Assembly: GCA_019343175.1 (NCBI GenBank)
Contig: JAFNEN010000097.1
Coordinates: 157,448-221,447, forward strand
Length of the DNA stretch: 64,000 nt
Direction of reading: 5' to 3'
Origin: Oedothorax gibbosus
Taxonomy: Eukaryota
Shown: piece by piece, positions 49,936 to 63,222 of the stretch
Numbering within the stretch: the stretch's first letter is position 1
How the letters are laid out: each line of letters opens with the position of its first letter
Program-made: the position numbers and the translations under genes
The notes under the pieces: model-generated
Told to the model about the DNA's origin: nothing
Seen by the model: the letters and a program-made list of their open reading frames with translations, nothing else
Database searches by the model: none

Positions 49936-50583
49936 CACATGATAGTCTTTAAAATGCCACCTTCTCAAATATTATATCAGCAACTTTCAAAATTTTAACG
50001 TATTATTTTTGTTTTTTAAGAAAATATAAACTTTATAAATAAAAACTTACTTATTGATTAAATATAGAGGCTAATAACTTACTCTTATTATACAATCTTG
50101 AAAAGGCGCGAAAAACTCTCTGAGTTGAAGTACACTTATTTTTACTTGGATAATATAAACTAACTAAAAACCTTAAAAAAAACCTTTAAAAAAATATTCA
50201 TCCTTAGATAGCACGCGTGGAATATACTTGGAGCTACCCTCTAAAAAAATATTAAAAATATTTTTTTTCCGAAATCTTATTAGCGCAGAATTTTGTGATT
50301 GGCTAGTTTTCGTTTTTTTTAACATTGCCACAATATAATGACCTTGATTTGTGAGCTCATTAAAAAAAACCGACAGAAAGAAAGAGAAAAAATAGTCCGC
50401 ATATCATTTCATCAGATTTGGCGCTTTTTTTTAATCCCCCAAACATAGAAGATTTAAAGAGTTTCGTTTTTGTTGAACACAGATTTAAAAAATGCGAAGT
50501 GGTCTTTCCTTATGGATTTTTTTTTATTATTAACACAATAAATTTCACTATAATACGGGTTCTGGGGGGGGGGGGGGGGGGGT

Positions 50584-53500
50584 TCTGACCCTAAATCCCC
50601 CGTGGTTGCGTGCCTGTCGTCAGCAGGTCAATACTATTTCATTTTTAATTAAATGAAACTTCTCATATGCAATTATTGATGTAAATTGATTAAAATGACT
50701 TTAAATTAAATTCTAGTGCTCATTCAATGGGAAATTCGTCGACAAACAGTAGACGCTGTCCGTCCAGACGTACAGACAGACGGTCAAAAAATATGAAAGT
50801 TGGGTCTCTGTGGTCATACCTTTCCAATAAAAAAGAATTTTTAAGATCCGACGGATAGAACAGATTTTGGAAGGGGCGTACGGACAGACCGACGGACATC
50901 GTCAGCATAGCAATACCTACTTTTTCATTTTTTAATTCTTTCGAATAATAAAAAAAGAAAAGTAGGCTAAAAATAAATAAGTTAAATTTTTTTTGACGTG
51001 TAAAATTCAAAACTTCGAAACATAAGATTAGTGCTGCCATCTATGTTTAGAATTGTTGTAAATTATTTTCCTCAACACCATTTTTGGATCAGATTGAAAA
51101 ATAAAAATAGAAAAGTCGATTAAAAGTACTTATATTTGCTAAAGATTGATTTAAACTAAATATTCTAAGACCAGGGTTGATAGCCAGTATTTCTGAAATA
51201 AACTGAGTGCAATGAAACTTCGTGTTTACGGTAGTAACATCTAATAATATTTAACAGCTTAGACTTGTCCTATGGGGGATTTTTTTAACGCGTTAACTTT
51301 TGAAAATAGAACTTGTGAAAAAATTTATCTTCATATTTCACTATTCATATTTCACCAAAAGTGTTATTCTATACAATGTATCTAAGTATTCAAATCAATG
51401 ATTAGCATGATAAATACTTAAATAGACAGTAAATTAATGCCAATTTTAAATTTTTAGATTAAAAAAACCATAAGATAATGTCATTACTGTTTACCTTACA
51501 TAAAATACTGTTTGCAGTACACTGATTGCAAACCAACAGATAATCACAATTCAAATGTATCATGTCATTATTAATTTTTTTCTCAAGGTCATTTTCACAA
51601 CGTAGTAAATTCGTTGCGAAGTTGAGATATGGGTCATTCTCTGTAAAAGAGACAAATCGATGTCCCGGATACTTTGCTCTTTATTTTCAAATTATATATG
51701 CATGTTTGTGATTTATTAGTGTAAACTGGGCCCACAACCTAACTAGTCCCACTTAAAAAATATCAAATAATTATAATTTACTTACATAAAATTTCATTTA
51801 AATACCCGATTTGTCACTCCCGACACACAGTCCCTGCATGCTTTTACAACTTTTAACGTCCTAAAAAAGCCGTTTTAAATATATAATCCTTTTTGGCGGA
51901 ACTATTTATGGTTAATTAGTTTCTGTAGTTTCCGAAAATGTATCTGATGTTTTTCTACCATCAATAGTTTTAAGTAATTTTATGAATATGTAAAGTCCCT
52001 GGGTTATAGAGTCACTCCTATAACACTGCTTTAAAGTTCAATTAAAAACTTACTAGACGACTAAGAAATCGAGTTTAAATTGGCATGTTAATCTTAAAGG
52101 ATTGAGGCTTCTAAATCAGCCATCAGTTGTTTTGATCCATGAGTGATAACGTTTTTACAGTACTTTTAGTATTAAAAATGTCATAGGAGTCTTTTACTGT
52201 CGTCACTCACTCAATCTCATTTACTGATTATAGATAAGTGCGAGAATTTTTTACTAGTCTCAAATTGTAGGCATTTAAATGTAGATTAACATATACAATC
52301 TCTAAACCTTATAAAGAAATTCTTTGCAAAAGATGTTATTTGACTTTTCCTACGAATCGTCACTCACTCACACGTCACTAACTCACATATCTGCCTTGAA
52401 GGTCAGTCCACATTGGATAACTTCATCTTGGATCTTTCTTTCCAAGCGCATTCAATACCGATCGGTTGTTTCGCTTCAACTGTAGATTTTTTAAAAACGC
52501 ATGCCTTTAGATATTTCACGAGAGTGATTATTCGTATCTTCTTCTACATTATAATCAAGAGTTAGGGTTAGTTTTAATTATCCTTACACTAGAGCTACAC
52601 TAGGGCTATTGATGAAAGGTATCGTAATTTAGAACCACAGTCGCGTTATCATCAAGAGATTTATGACGAATAACTGTAAAATAAAATGCGATTTTTTTTA
52701 AGCCGCTTTTAAAAGTGAAATTTGTCCCATTTACAGAGAATGACCCATATATGTAATTGAGGCATATGGCACAGTAATAACATTTCACTTATATTAAATT
52801 AATTTTTAGATATATAATTTCATAACACTTATGTGTTGGGTGGATACATTTTTATACCTTGTGAGTATTTGAAGTAAAAAAATATTAACTTATAGATTAT
52901 TAACTTGAATTCACCAATATGAAAAACATTTCATAAGGGGACAGTAATGACGCTCACTGTAATTACAAAGCAATAGATAAGATCTCACAGATGAAAAACT
53001 GTTACATTTCTTTAATAAAGTTATTCATATTTTATAAATGCAATATTGTTACAGTTACTACAATTTTTACGAGGATGTACAATTTATACTGGAACACAGA
53101 ATTTAACCTTTCTTTTGAAATCACTCTTATAGGCGATCGAAGTAATGGGCAACTGGAACGGCCACACCTATGGTGACGTTGCAGCTACGTCAAACATTGT
53201 CTTCTATCCCACTAACAAGCTGTGCTCCGCCACGTTCGAATCGTCCATTGGGCAGCTAATATGTAAAATGGGACGGTCAGTTAACGTTTGGTTGCTTGGA
53301 TTTCCATCACAGCATGAATGAAGTCGACCGCAATTTAGAGAAGATCTCCAATCATCCTGAGCAATTGGGACAAAACCACATCAGGATAATTAGGATTTCA
53401 GATAATTGGAGTTAATCGAAAAAAAGTGTGTTTGGTTTGAATTATCGTCGCACTAGAGCTACACGAGGGCTAATGGCGACGGGCGTCATAATTTAGAACC

Positions 53501-53624
53501 ACAGTCAAGAGAAAAGAGTTTACATTCAATCAATTACTTAATTCGGGTCTCTGATCAAGCACATTAAGCCGGAATGTGTTGGACTGTGAGATCATGTAGC
53601 TCTAGTTTCGGTCTAGTTTCGGGG
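50584..53624. repeat. Tandem duplication, copy 1 (~3.04 kb)
   Basis: Begins after a 19-G run with ttctgaccctaaatcccccgtggttgcg. It is near-identical to copy 2. The duplicated ORFs 50720-51040 and 53765-54085 translate identically, as do 52606-52788 and 55636-55818. Confidence 0.8.
53437..53512 (+). repeat. R2 repeat, short copy
   Basis: tttgaattatcgtcgcactagagctacacgagggctaatggcgacgggcgtcataatttagaaccacagtcaag. Same at 56462-56537. Diverged variants at 52585-52660 and 55610-55685. Confidence 0.55.
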
Positions 53625-56600
53625 GGGTTCTGACCCTAAATCCCCCGTGGTTGCGTGCCTGTCGTCAGCAGGTCAATACTATTTCATTTTTAATTAAATG
53701 AAACTTCTCATATGCAATTATTGATGTAAATTGATTAAAATGACTTTAAATTAAATTCTAGTGCTCATTCAATGGGAAATTCGTCGACAAACAGTAGACG
53801 CTGTCCGTCCAGACGTACAGACAGACGGTCAAAAAATATGAAAGTTGGGTCTCTGTGGTCATACCTTTCCAATAAAAAAGAATTTTTAAGATCCGACGGA
53901 TAGAACAGATTTTGGAAGGGGCGTACGGACAGACCGACGGACATCGTCAGCATAGCAATACCTACTTTTTCATTTTTTAATTCTTTCGAATAATAAAAAA
54001 AGAAAAGTAGGCTAAAAATAAATAAGTTAAATTTTTTTTGACGTGTAAAATTCAAAACTTCGAAACATAAGATTAGTGCTGCCATCTATGTATAGAATTG
54101 TTGTAAATTATTTTCCTCAACACCATTTTTGGATCAGATTGAAAAATAAAAATAGAAAAGTCGATTAAAAGTACTTATATTTGCTAAAGATTGATTTAAA
54201 CTAAATATTCTAAGACCAGGGTTGATAGCCAGTATTTCTGAAATAAACTGAGTGCAATGAAACTTCGTGTTTACGGTAGTAACATCTAATAATATTTAAC
54301 AGCTTAGACTTGTCCTATGGGGGATTTTTTTTAACGCGTTAACTTTTGAAAATAGAACTTGTGAAAAAATTTATCTTCATATTTCACCAAAAGTGTTATT
54401 CTATACAATGTATCTAAGTATTCAAATCAATGATTAGCATGATAAATACTTAAATAGACAGTAAATTAATGCCAATTTTAAATTTTTAGATTAAAAAAAC
54501 CATAAGATAATGTCATTACTGTTTACCTTACATAAAATACTGTTTGCAGTACACTGATTGCAAACCAACAGATAATCACAATTCAAATGTATCATGTCAT
54601 TATTAATTTTTTCTCAAGGTCATTTTCACAACGTAGTAAATTCGTTGCGAAGTTGAGATATGGGTCATTCTCTGTAAAAGAGACAAATCGATGTCCCGGA
54701 TACTTTGCTCTTTATTTTCAAATTATATATGCATGTTTGTGATTTATTAGTGTAAACTGGCCCACAACCTAACTAATCCCACTTAAAAAATATCAAATAA
54801 TTATAATTTACTTACATAAAATTTCATTTAAATACCCGATTTGTCACTCCCGACACACTATCCCTGCATGCTTTTACAACTTTTAACGTCCTAAAAAAGG
54901 CCGTTTTAAATATATAATCCTTTTTGGCGGAACTATTTATGGTTAATTAGTTTCTGTAGTTTCCGAAAATGTATCTGATGTTTTTCTACCATCAATAGTT
55001 TTATGTAATTTTATGAATATGTAAAGTCCCTGGGTTATAGAGTCACTCCTATAACACTGCTTTAAAGTTCAATTAAAAACTTACTAGACGACTAAGAAAT
55101 CGAGTTTAAATTGGCATGTTAATCTTAAAGGATTGAGGCTTTTAAATCAGCCATCAGTTGTTTTGATCCATGAGTGATAACGTTTTTACAGTACTTTTAG
55201 TATTAAAAATGTCATGGGAGTCTTTTACTGTCGTCACTCACTCAATCTCATTTACTGATTATAGATAAGTGCGAGAATTATTTTACTAGTCTCAAATTGT
55301 AGGCATTTAAATGTAGATTAACATACAATCTCTAAACCTTATAAAAAAATTCTTTACAAAAGATGTTATTTGATTTTTCTACGGAATCGTCACTCACTCA
55401 CACGTCACTAACTCACATATCTGCCTTGAAGGTCAGTCCACATTGGATAATTTCATCTTGGATCTTTCTTTCCAAGCGCATTCAATACCGATCGGTTGTT
55501 TCGCTTCAACTGTAGATTTTTTAAAAACGCATGCCTTTAGATATTTCACGAGAGTGATTATTCGTATCTTCTTCTACATTATAATCAAGAGTTAGGGTTA
55601 GTTTTAATTATCCTTACACTAGAGCTACACTAGGGCTATTGATGAAAGGTATCGTAATTTAGAACCACAGTCGCGTTATCATCAAGAGATTTATGACGAA
55701 TAACTGTAAAATAAAATGCGATTTTTTTTAAGCCGCTTTTAAAAGTGAAATTTGTCCCATTTACAGAGAATGACCCATATATGTAATTGAGGCATATGGC
55801 ACAGTAATAACATTTCACTTATATTAAATTAATTTTTAGATATATAATTTCATAACACTTATGTGTTGGGTGGATACATTTTTATACCTTGTGAGTATTT
55901 GAAGTAAAAAAATATTAACTTATAGATTATTAACTTGAATTCACCAATATGAAAAACATTTCATAAGGGGACAGTAATGACGCTCACTGTAATTACAAAG
56001 CAATAGATAAGATCTCACAGATGAAAAACTGTTACATTTCTTTAATAAAGTTATTCATATTTATAAATGCAATATTGTTATAGTTACTACAATTTTTACG
56101 AGGATGTACAATTTATACTGGAACACAGAATTTAACCTTCTTTTGAAAATCACTCTTATAGGCGATCGAAGTAATGGGCAACTGGAACGGCCACATCTAT
56201 GGTGACGTTGCAGCTACGTCAAACATTGTCTTCTATCCCACTAATAAGCTGTGCTCCGCCACGTTCGAATCGTCCATTGGGCAGCTAATATGTAAAATGG
56301 GACGCCAGTTAACGTTTGGTTGCTTGGATTTCCATCACAGCATGAATGAAGTCGACCGCAATTTAGAGAAGATCTCCAATCATCCTGAGCAATTGGGACA
56401 AAACCACATTAGGATAATTAGGATTTCAGATAATTGGGGTTAATCGAAAAAAAGTGTGTTTGGTTTGAATTATCGTCGCACTAGAGCTACACGAGGGCTA
56501 ATGGCGACGGGCGTCATAATTTAGAACCACAGTCAAGAGAAAAGAGTTTACATTCAATCAATTACTTAATTCGGGTCTCTGATCAAGCACATTAAGCCGG

Positions 56601-56645
56601 AATGTGTTGGACTGTGAGATCATGTAGCTCTAGTTTCGGTCGTAA
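53625..56645. repeat. Tandem duplication, copy 2 (~3.02 kb)
   Basis: Same start motif ggggggttctgaccctaaatcccccgtggttgcg. The offset to copy 1 is 3045 bp early in the unit and 3030 bp late in it, so there are small indels. Confidence 0.8.
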
Positions 56646-56699
56646 TAACCCAACCAAAACCATAGCGTAAATTGCTGTTTTGGCAATTTGAGTGATAAC

Positions 56700-57232
56700 T
56701 TTTTGTAATAGTTTTTTTTATTCAACTTATGTTAGAATCCTGGTTTCACAAAGTTTATATGCGACATATAAACTTTTATACCCAGTCTTCCATTACTGTT
56801 TGTCCTTGTTGGTTGGAAAAAAAAATTACTAGGCATGCCATCCAACAAAGACAAACTGTAATAGATGGCCGGGTGGAATTTCTTTCTGAAATTCGGATAA
56901 TCAGCAATGCTTTGGATAATTGGAGGAGTTCTATGGTATAGCTTTTCTAATAGATTTTTAGATTCAATTTATGTTGAAATGTTGCTTTAAATAAAAGTTT
57001 ATATGCGACAGATAATCTTTTATAAGCAGCCTATTTGTTACCATTCGTCTGTGTTGGATGTCATGCCTAGTATTTTTTTGGGTGGGTTCAAAAAAATTAC
57101 TAGGCATGGCATCCAACAAAGACAAACTGTAATAGATGGCAGGGTAGAATTATTTTTTCTAAAATTCGGATAATCAACAACGCTTTGGATAATTGGAGTT
57201 CTACTGTAATAGTTAAGTACAGGTTGGGACAA
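56700..57232. repeat. Two tandem ~270-bp repeat units, each containing an internal palindrome (tactaggcatg(g)catccaacaaagacaaactgtaatagatggc)
   Basis: Unit 1 is about 56715-56940 and unit 2 about 56958-57230. Unit 2 contains the hairpin ggatgtcatgcctagta...tactaggcatggcatcc. Confidence 0.5.
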
Positions 57233-57679
57233 AGCATAAGATGAATAGTTAAGTTGACAAGCGAGGTTGCTACTTCCGGCTACTTATATTTACTTTTTCA
57301 AGCTATTCAAGGTATAAACGTTATAATATTACATTATAAATATCCATAGGGCCCGTAATCGAAGATGCTAAAAAGCAAGACAAACGGAAACAAGCTTTTC
57401 TTGTAAGTTTTAAATTACCATCAGAATCTGAACTGTGCAATTTCAAATAATACTTATAAATAGTGACGTCGTAAAGGAGTCTTTAAGTGCCAATTGAGTA
57501 GCTTGGTCTTACTAACTTTTATCCAACATTCTCAAACCTTGAAACTAATGAGCTTTTCCAAATCTCAGACACAATCCTGGAAAGGATTAACAAATTTAAG
57601 TAAACATATTGGTAGTATGTTTTCGGTCACTCTAAGAACAATATTGAAATCATTGGTCGTTTCTTAGAACAATCTCGTA

Positions 57680-57880
57680 AACATCGGTCGTTCTAAGGCT
57701 ATGTCCTCACTACGACATCAAACGCCACAAATGCAACAAAATTTGGCGACTGCCAAGGGCGCCAAGCGATGCAATAGCATGGGGGCTGACTCTGCCAAGT
57801 CGCCAAGTTTTGTTGCAATACTAGTACCTTTGTAGCATTTGTGGCGTAGTCAGGACATAGCCTAAGAACACTATCGAAAA
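57680..57880. repeat. ~200-bp near-perfect palindrome (possible MITE or hairpin)
   Basis: ttctaaggctatgtcctcactacgacatcaaacgccacaaatgcaacaaaatttggcgactgccaag, then its reverse complement cttggcagtcgccaa..ttgcaatactagtacctttgtagcatttgtggcgtagtcaggacatagcctaagaac. Confidence 0.4.
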
Positions 57881-58194
57881 CACTGTGCGTTCTAAAAACA
57901 ATGTGCAAAACACTGTCCATTAAAAAAACAATGCTTCCATTTTAACTAAAAACTAATTTGGTTAAAGTAAATTTTAAAAAATCCACTATCCTAAGAAAGA
58001 TTAAATCGTAGCACAATATATCTTGAATCTTTCGCTACTTAAGAACTCATTTTCCATGTCACGTTTTACCGTGATCGAATGAGGTCATTAACTATACGAT
58101 CTTACATTTACAAGAGAAAAATATGTAATCTAACATCAGCAAAATAACCCGTTGTGAACCGTTGTCACCAGAGGTTCTTGCTGTACTCACCAGG

Positions 58195-58350
58195 CACCTG
58201 TTGAAGTTTGGTTGGTAGACATATTTTCAGGCTTGCGTGCTTGGTCACAAAGACCCGCTTATAAACCTTCGTCAAGAAGGACGGACACGACATACACACA
58301 CATACAAGACAGATGCTGCCATCTATCGCCACCTCCACAATTTAGACATG
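58195..58350 (+). repeat. R3 repeat copy 1
   Basis: gtagacatattttcaggcttgcgtgcttggtcacaaagacccgcttataaaccttcgtcaagaaggacggacacgacatacacacacatacaagacagatgctgccatctatcgccacc is repeated at 63003-63160 at ~95% identity. Confidence 0.6.
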
Positions 58351-59236
58351 TCCCTTAAGGGGAGGGAAATAGTCTCCAGGGACCTGTACCCGTGGTAAAC
58401 TGCGCAATGACCGACCACAGGACTTTCGGACCCAACAGATTTAACGAGCACGTACTCCGCATATACTCGGTAGGTCTTCAGTGGTACCGGCACTCGATCA
58501 CGGGACCTTCCGATCTCGAGACTGAGACGGTGACCAATAGGCTCATTACGGCCCCCTCCCGTTGAAATGTGAAGTAGCAAGATCTTTTCCATGATGAATT
58601 TTCAGTCAACCTGAGACCAATCATGATTTAAAATGTTGTTGATAGAACACATTTAAAACCACGACTGATCTAATGTTACTGTGTTTTTGATGTCTTCACA
58701 TTGTCACCTGTAAGATAGAAGTGAAAAATAATGTTCATTGATAAAAAGTATTAATTTTTAAGTTCTAAGGATTTTGATATTTTTACTGATATCTCATGAT
58801 TTGAGCAGACATCCAACGCAATTATAAAGTATTAGATATTTTTTTTGCTACGGTGAATATACATTTTTTTAGACTTAGAAATATTATATTATTTTGAATC
58901 TGTCCGATATTTTTTGAGCAGGCATCCAACGCAATTCTAAATTATTTGATATTTTAAATGTAAGTAATGCAAATGCCGAAAATGTTAGAATTTAACCGTA
59001 TTTTAAAAGCAAATTTTTTTGGTGTCATATTTTTAGTGACTCTCAAAGAGTCCAATGACCTCAGCTGGGTCACCAAACGATCGGAAAAAAGTGCAATTGT
59101 TAATTTCCGACCCGTCTATTAGAAAAAAGACAAAAACTTGAGAACATAAAATCCAACCAAAAGTTCATCTTCGCTACATCCTGATTTTAGTAGCTCTACA
59201 GCTTTCGAGTATATTTCTTTAAGAAAGTTTAGTTTA

Positions 59237-59502
59237 GTTTTAATTATCGTCGCACTAGAGCTACACGAGGGCTACTGTCCGTTCGTCCCTTCTAAAATCT
59301 GTTCTATCCGTCGGATCTTCAAAATTCTTTTTTATTGGAAAGGTATGACCTCACAGGCCCAACTTTCATATTTTTTGACGGACAGGGGGGGGGGGGGTAG
59401 GGTCAGAGCTTGGCGGAAGTTTAGTTTAGTTTTAATTATCGTCGCACTAGAGCTACACGAGGGTTATTGGCGACGGGCGTCATGATTTAGAACCACAGCT
59501 TT
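59237..59502. repeat. Composite: truncated R2, inverted R1, 13-G run, gggtcagagc, then a second R2 copy
   Basis: ttttaattatcgtcgcactagagctacacgagggctactgtccgttcgtccc... (R2 joined directly to reverse R1). Then gggggggggggggtagggtcagagcttggcg. Then tttaattatcgtcgcactagagctacacgagggttattggcgacgggcgtcatgatttagaaccacag. Confidence 0.5.
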
Positions 59503-62192
59503 AGAAAGTGGAAATCCACCAACTAAACTGTAGTCTGGTATAGTGTGACCCGACTTTCATGGAATGCTTTAAGTACCCAAACTTGTATTCTAAGAACTTT
59601 GTGTCATCTTAGTTGGTTTTTGAAAATTAACCCCATACCAAATCAAATTCTTTAGTTATAATGCATATTGCTTTGTCAAACTTCCTTTTGTTGGATTGGT
59701 AAAATTAGAGAGTACAAGGCTTTACATTTGTGGCTCTAGAGAGTTTATATGGTTGTATTTATCTTCAATTTATATAAAAATTTTCACAACACTTTTAACA
59801 TTTAAAAACTTTTGCATTAATGTTGTGAGCAATAAAATAATAAAAACTAAATTTCCGAACGGCCTGTACATGGGCGAAAAATTTATGGTTGGTTTCGCTG
59901 CATAAATTTTAAAATTGATATTTGGAAATATAATCTTGGTCTAAAAAATCAGAAATAAGTTAATTTTTTGAAGGGATGATCTCAAAATCATTTGCAAACG
60001 AAAAAAATCGAATACCAATAAAATTTCACCATTTATAAAATTTATTGCATAAAATAGATCAATGCATAAAATATGGAAAAGCCGGGTCTAACGCTCAGAA
60101 GGATGCTTTAAAGTTCCAAGTTTCCAAGATGTATGCTTGGTTTTTTTGTTGTTGAAGATTTAAACACGTTTTTTAATGTTTTATGTTATTGTATTATGTT
60201 ATTATCAAGCGACAAGAAATTTCATTTATAATACTTAATTAAAAAAAACTTTAATGTATTCATTTTAAGATTCAAGTCTTCCTTGGAAATAAATTCTCAA
60301 CGTTCTCTCGTTTTGATTTGTTAAAAAATCAAATTTTTTTGCATTTTAAAAATTGTGCAAATTACTGCAAGAAAACTACATTTGACTCTTTAAAATATCA
60401 ACTAAAATTTAAAAAAAAAGTTGACTACAGATAAATAAAAACAAAAAAAAAGGGATGAGGTCACTCGAATATAAATCAAACTTTATTTTTAGAAAATCAA
60501 AAAAAAAAAAAAAAAAAATCTAACTACCACAGTTGGAGAAACATAACCCATCCTATTAGCTATTTTTACTGCATACTATGTATCATCGTAGCAAAACAAC
60601 TTCTACGGTATTTTAAAACAGAATTTTTAATTAAAAGGTTATTTAATACTATGACCCTTATAATTACTTATAAGTTTGAAACATTGGAAATCAGTTATAA
60701 TCGGTTTAGTTTAAAAGTTTTTTTAAAAAATTAATTTGCATTTGTTTGTAATTTGCCCTTGTAATTGATAGATAGACCTTACTGTCTATACATTTGGCAT
60801 AAATAGTTTTCAGATTCAAAGATAGGTGGCGCCACATGATCTGCAATTTGCGATATCTGCAATTTGCGATTCGCCTTTCAAAGATTAGTGTTGTTTCCAC
60901 TTTATCCCGGAATAGTATATAATATTTATTATGCATTTTTAAGTGAAAAGATAACGTGTCTAACTTCATTTAAAAGGTTAGGCGAAATTATTCTTTACGG
61001 GAATAATTTTACAAACGCACTTTTGTTTTTCTTTCAATTCGAAAGATTTTACCATATATTTAGAAACTAAGAGTTTCAGAAAAGTAATGTTTTTGAATAA
61101 AAATGTAATACAGAAATTTATTGTCGGTAAATATAACTACACTGGTAACAATGTTGTTTGATTCAATATAAATATAATTTATATAACCGACACGATAAAG
61201 GTCAAGGTACCGCTTAAGTTTTTTTTTGTGTATTTAATATCCATTGTGAATATGTTTGCTAAGAAGCTGTTAAGTAATGGCACATACATAACACTTTGTT
61301 TCGAAAATTAATTTCACAAATTTACATTAAGGAAAAAATTAACTGAATTGAAATGTCTAATTTAAATTGATAAAAATTTATTTCTAGTGAAAGGGAATGA
61401 GAAGAGGAAGATGTTAAAATCTGATAATATAATTAAAAAAAACGTTATTTAAGTTTTTGTGGATCAAATGAACAGTAGAACTACACGCGGGAATAATCAT
61501 TTACTGGATTTTCACCCATTTAAAAATTGACGTGCTTGAACAATGCGACGTATTAACTATCTAATTGACGCTTCTCCTAGATCGAATTTAATTTGATGAC
61601 GCATTCATCCAGTCATTCATTCAATCAAATTTCGGCCACACATTTGTAAATATTTTTCTTTAAAACTTAATTTTCTAGATATTTAATTTTTTCTGTTTAA
61701 TTACACACACGAAGCTATAAAAACCTAAGTGTTTTGTAAAAAAGAATAGTTGCTATCACTTAGCTCTTCGATGATAGGTAGAGTCTTTTAATTACCTATG
61801 ATCCCCCACTTTCGATTCTATCCGCGTGCTAGAGGAAGCAAATGTTGAAACTCTATAAGCCACCATTTTTAAGGTAGTATACACTCTTATAACAAACGAG
61901 CGGTTTTAACTCAGTATGAGTTAATTTCCACTCCTTTCCGTGCCGAAATGCACTTCTCCTATATGAGTGAATTTCACTCTTTTGTTTAAGAGTGTAGCAA
62001 ATGAAAAAAATAGGGTTTCTTTTTAGACAAACGCTTTCATCTAAGTATACAAAAGATGCTTTTTGGAATCTCGTTTTATAGATGATTTTTATGCATTTAT
62101 GTTATGCTTAATCAGTATCGGAATTCAGTTTTTTTATTAACAATATATTTAACGCTGTATGACCTCGTATTTAGAAAAGCTTAGTTAGTTTG

Positions 62193-62512
62193 AATTATCG
62201 TTGTACTAGAGCTACACGAGGGCTATTGGCAACGGGCGTCATAATTTAGAACCGCAGCCAAGTGACGAGCCGATACCCGAGTAGGCACCCAACGCAACCA
62301 CTAAGGGCGACATCGTACGCAGCGTCGGGACTTTGGAGCATATTCAACGTGCACTCCCTCTATACGGGGTATTATTTGCATGACATTTTTTGTCTGCACG
62401 GACCGTTAATAGGTTGGCAGTTATTTTGGCGATGCCCGGACCCGAACCGCATGCAAGGCGAACGTCTAAACCGACTAGGCTCCCCAGCCCTCGTAATTAG
62501 AAAAAAGAAATT
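62193..62512 (+). repeat. R2 SINE-like repeat, long (~320-bp) copy
   Basis: gtttgaattatcgttgtactagagctacacgagggctattggcaacgggcgtcataatttagaaccgcagccaagtgacgagccgatacccgagtaggcacccaacgcaacc...ggcgatgcccggacccgaaccgcatgcaaggcgaacg. Confidence 0.6.
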
Positions 62513-63002
62513 GAATCTTGTTTAGGTGCTTGCAAGTTTTTCTTGCACCGTAAGAAATGCATCCAGATTAATGTTAAGAAACAAGAAGTAAATTTCCTAT
62601 ATATTTTCGAATTTTTTTAATTTCCGCTTCAATCACACTCAACTTTTCCTTTTGAATAATCAAGTTCTTAATCGAAAATAAAAGTTACAGTAATTAAGGT
62701 AAATTCTAATGTATTTATATGGGTATTGGATTACGAAATTTATTTAATTATAAACATAATCTCAGACCTAGTTTTTAAGTAATATTTCAAATGTAACTCG
62801 GCTTGTTAATTATCTACAACTAAAAGAATTACACTTGCCTGTGGAATTTGTGGTTCTTGTTGTAAAAGTAAGTGACGAAAAGGTCGACAGACGAATACGT
62901 TAATTAATCTGCCGTGATCAGGTAAACTACAGCAACCACATCAATGAATTTAATCATTTTTGACCTGAAATAATCAGTCATTTAGTATACTTGGTTGGTA
63001 GG

Positions 63003-63160
63003 TAGACATATTTTCAGGCTTGTGTGCTTGGTCACAAATACCCGCTTATAAACCATCGTCAAGAAGGACGGACACGACATACACACACATACAAGACAGA
63101 TGCTGCCATCTATCGCCACCTTCACAATTTAGACATGTCCCTGAAGGGGCAGTATACTTT
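63003..63160 (+). repeat. R3 repeat copy 2
   Basis: See copy 1 at 58195. Confidence 0.6.
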
Positions 63161-63222
63161 CTTGTAGGTTAAAGATGTTGAGTTCTTACAACAATGGTCC
63201 AAGTCATTAGATTTTAGTTTAG

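Noticed and set aside
50720-51040. Identical 106-aa ORFs at 50720-51040 and 53765-54085 (and the 60-aa pair at 52606 and 55636)
   Set aside because: They exist twice only because of the 3-kb tandem duplication. They overlap the R1 repeat and A/T homopolymers (FFFYYSKELKNEK...) and carry no known domain.
56174-56443. 89-aa ORF (also at ~53150-53400 in copy 1) MGNWNGHIYGDVAATSNIVFYPTNK...
   Set aside because: No recognisable family. It is embedded in the repeat unit and immediately followed by an R2 copy. It is treated as non-coding.
58323-58592. 89-aa minus ORF in GC-richer R3 repeat region (and 62262-62525, 63406-63617)
   Set aside because: They overlap interspersed repeats and poly-G tracts and have no domain signatures. 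Both-strand overlapping ORFs are typical of GC-richer repeats.
46200-59500. Repeat arrays as CRISPR
   Set aside because: The genome is eukaryotic. Repeats are 75 to 320 bp, irregularly spaced, in both orientations, and lack uniform spacers.
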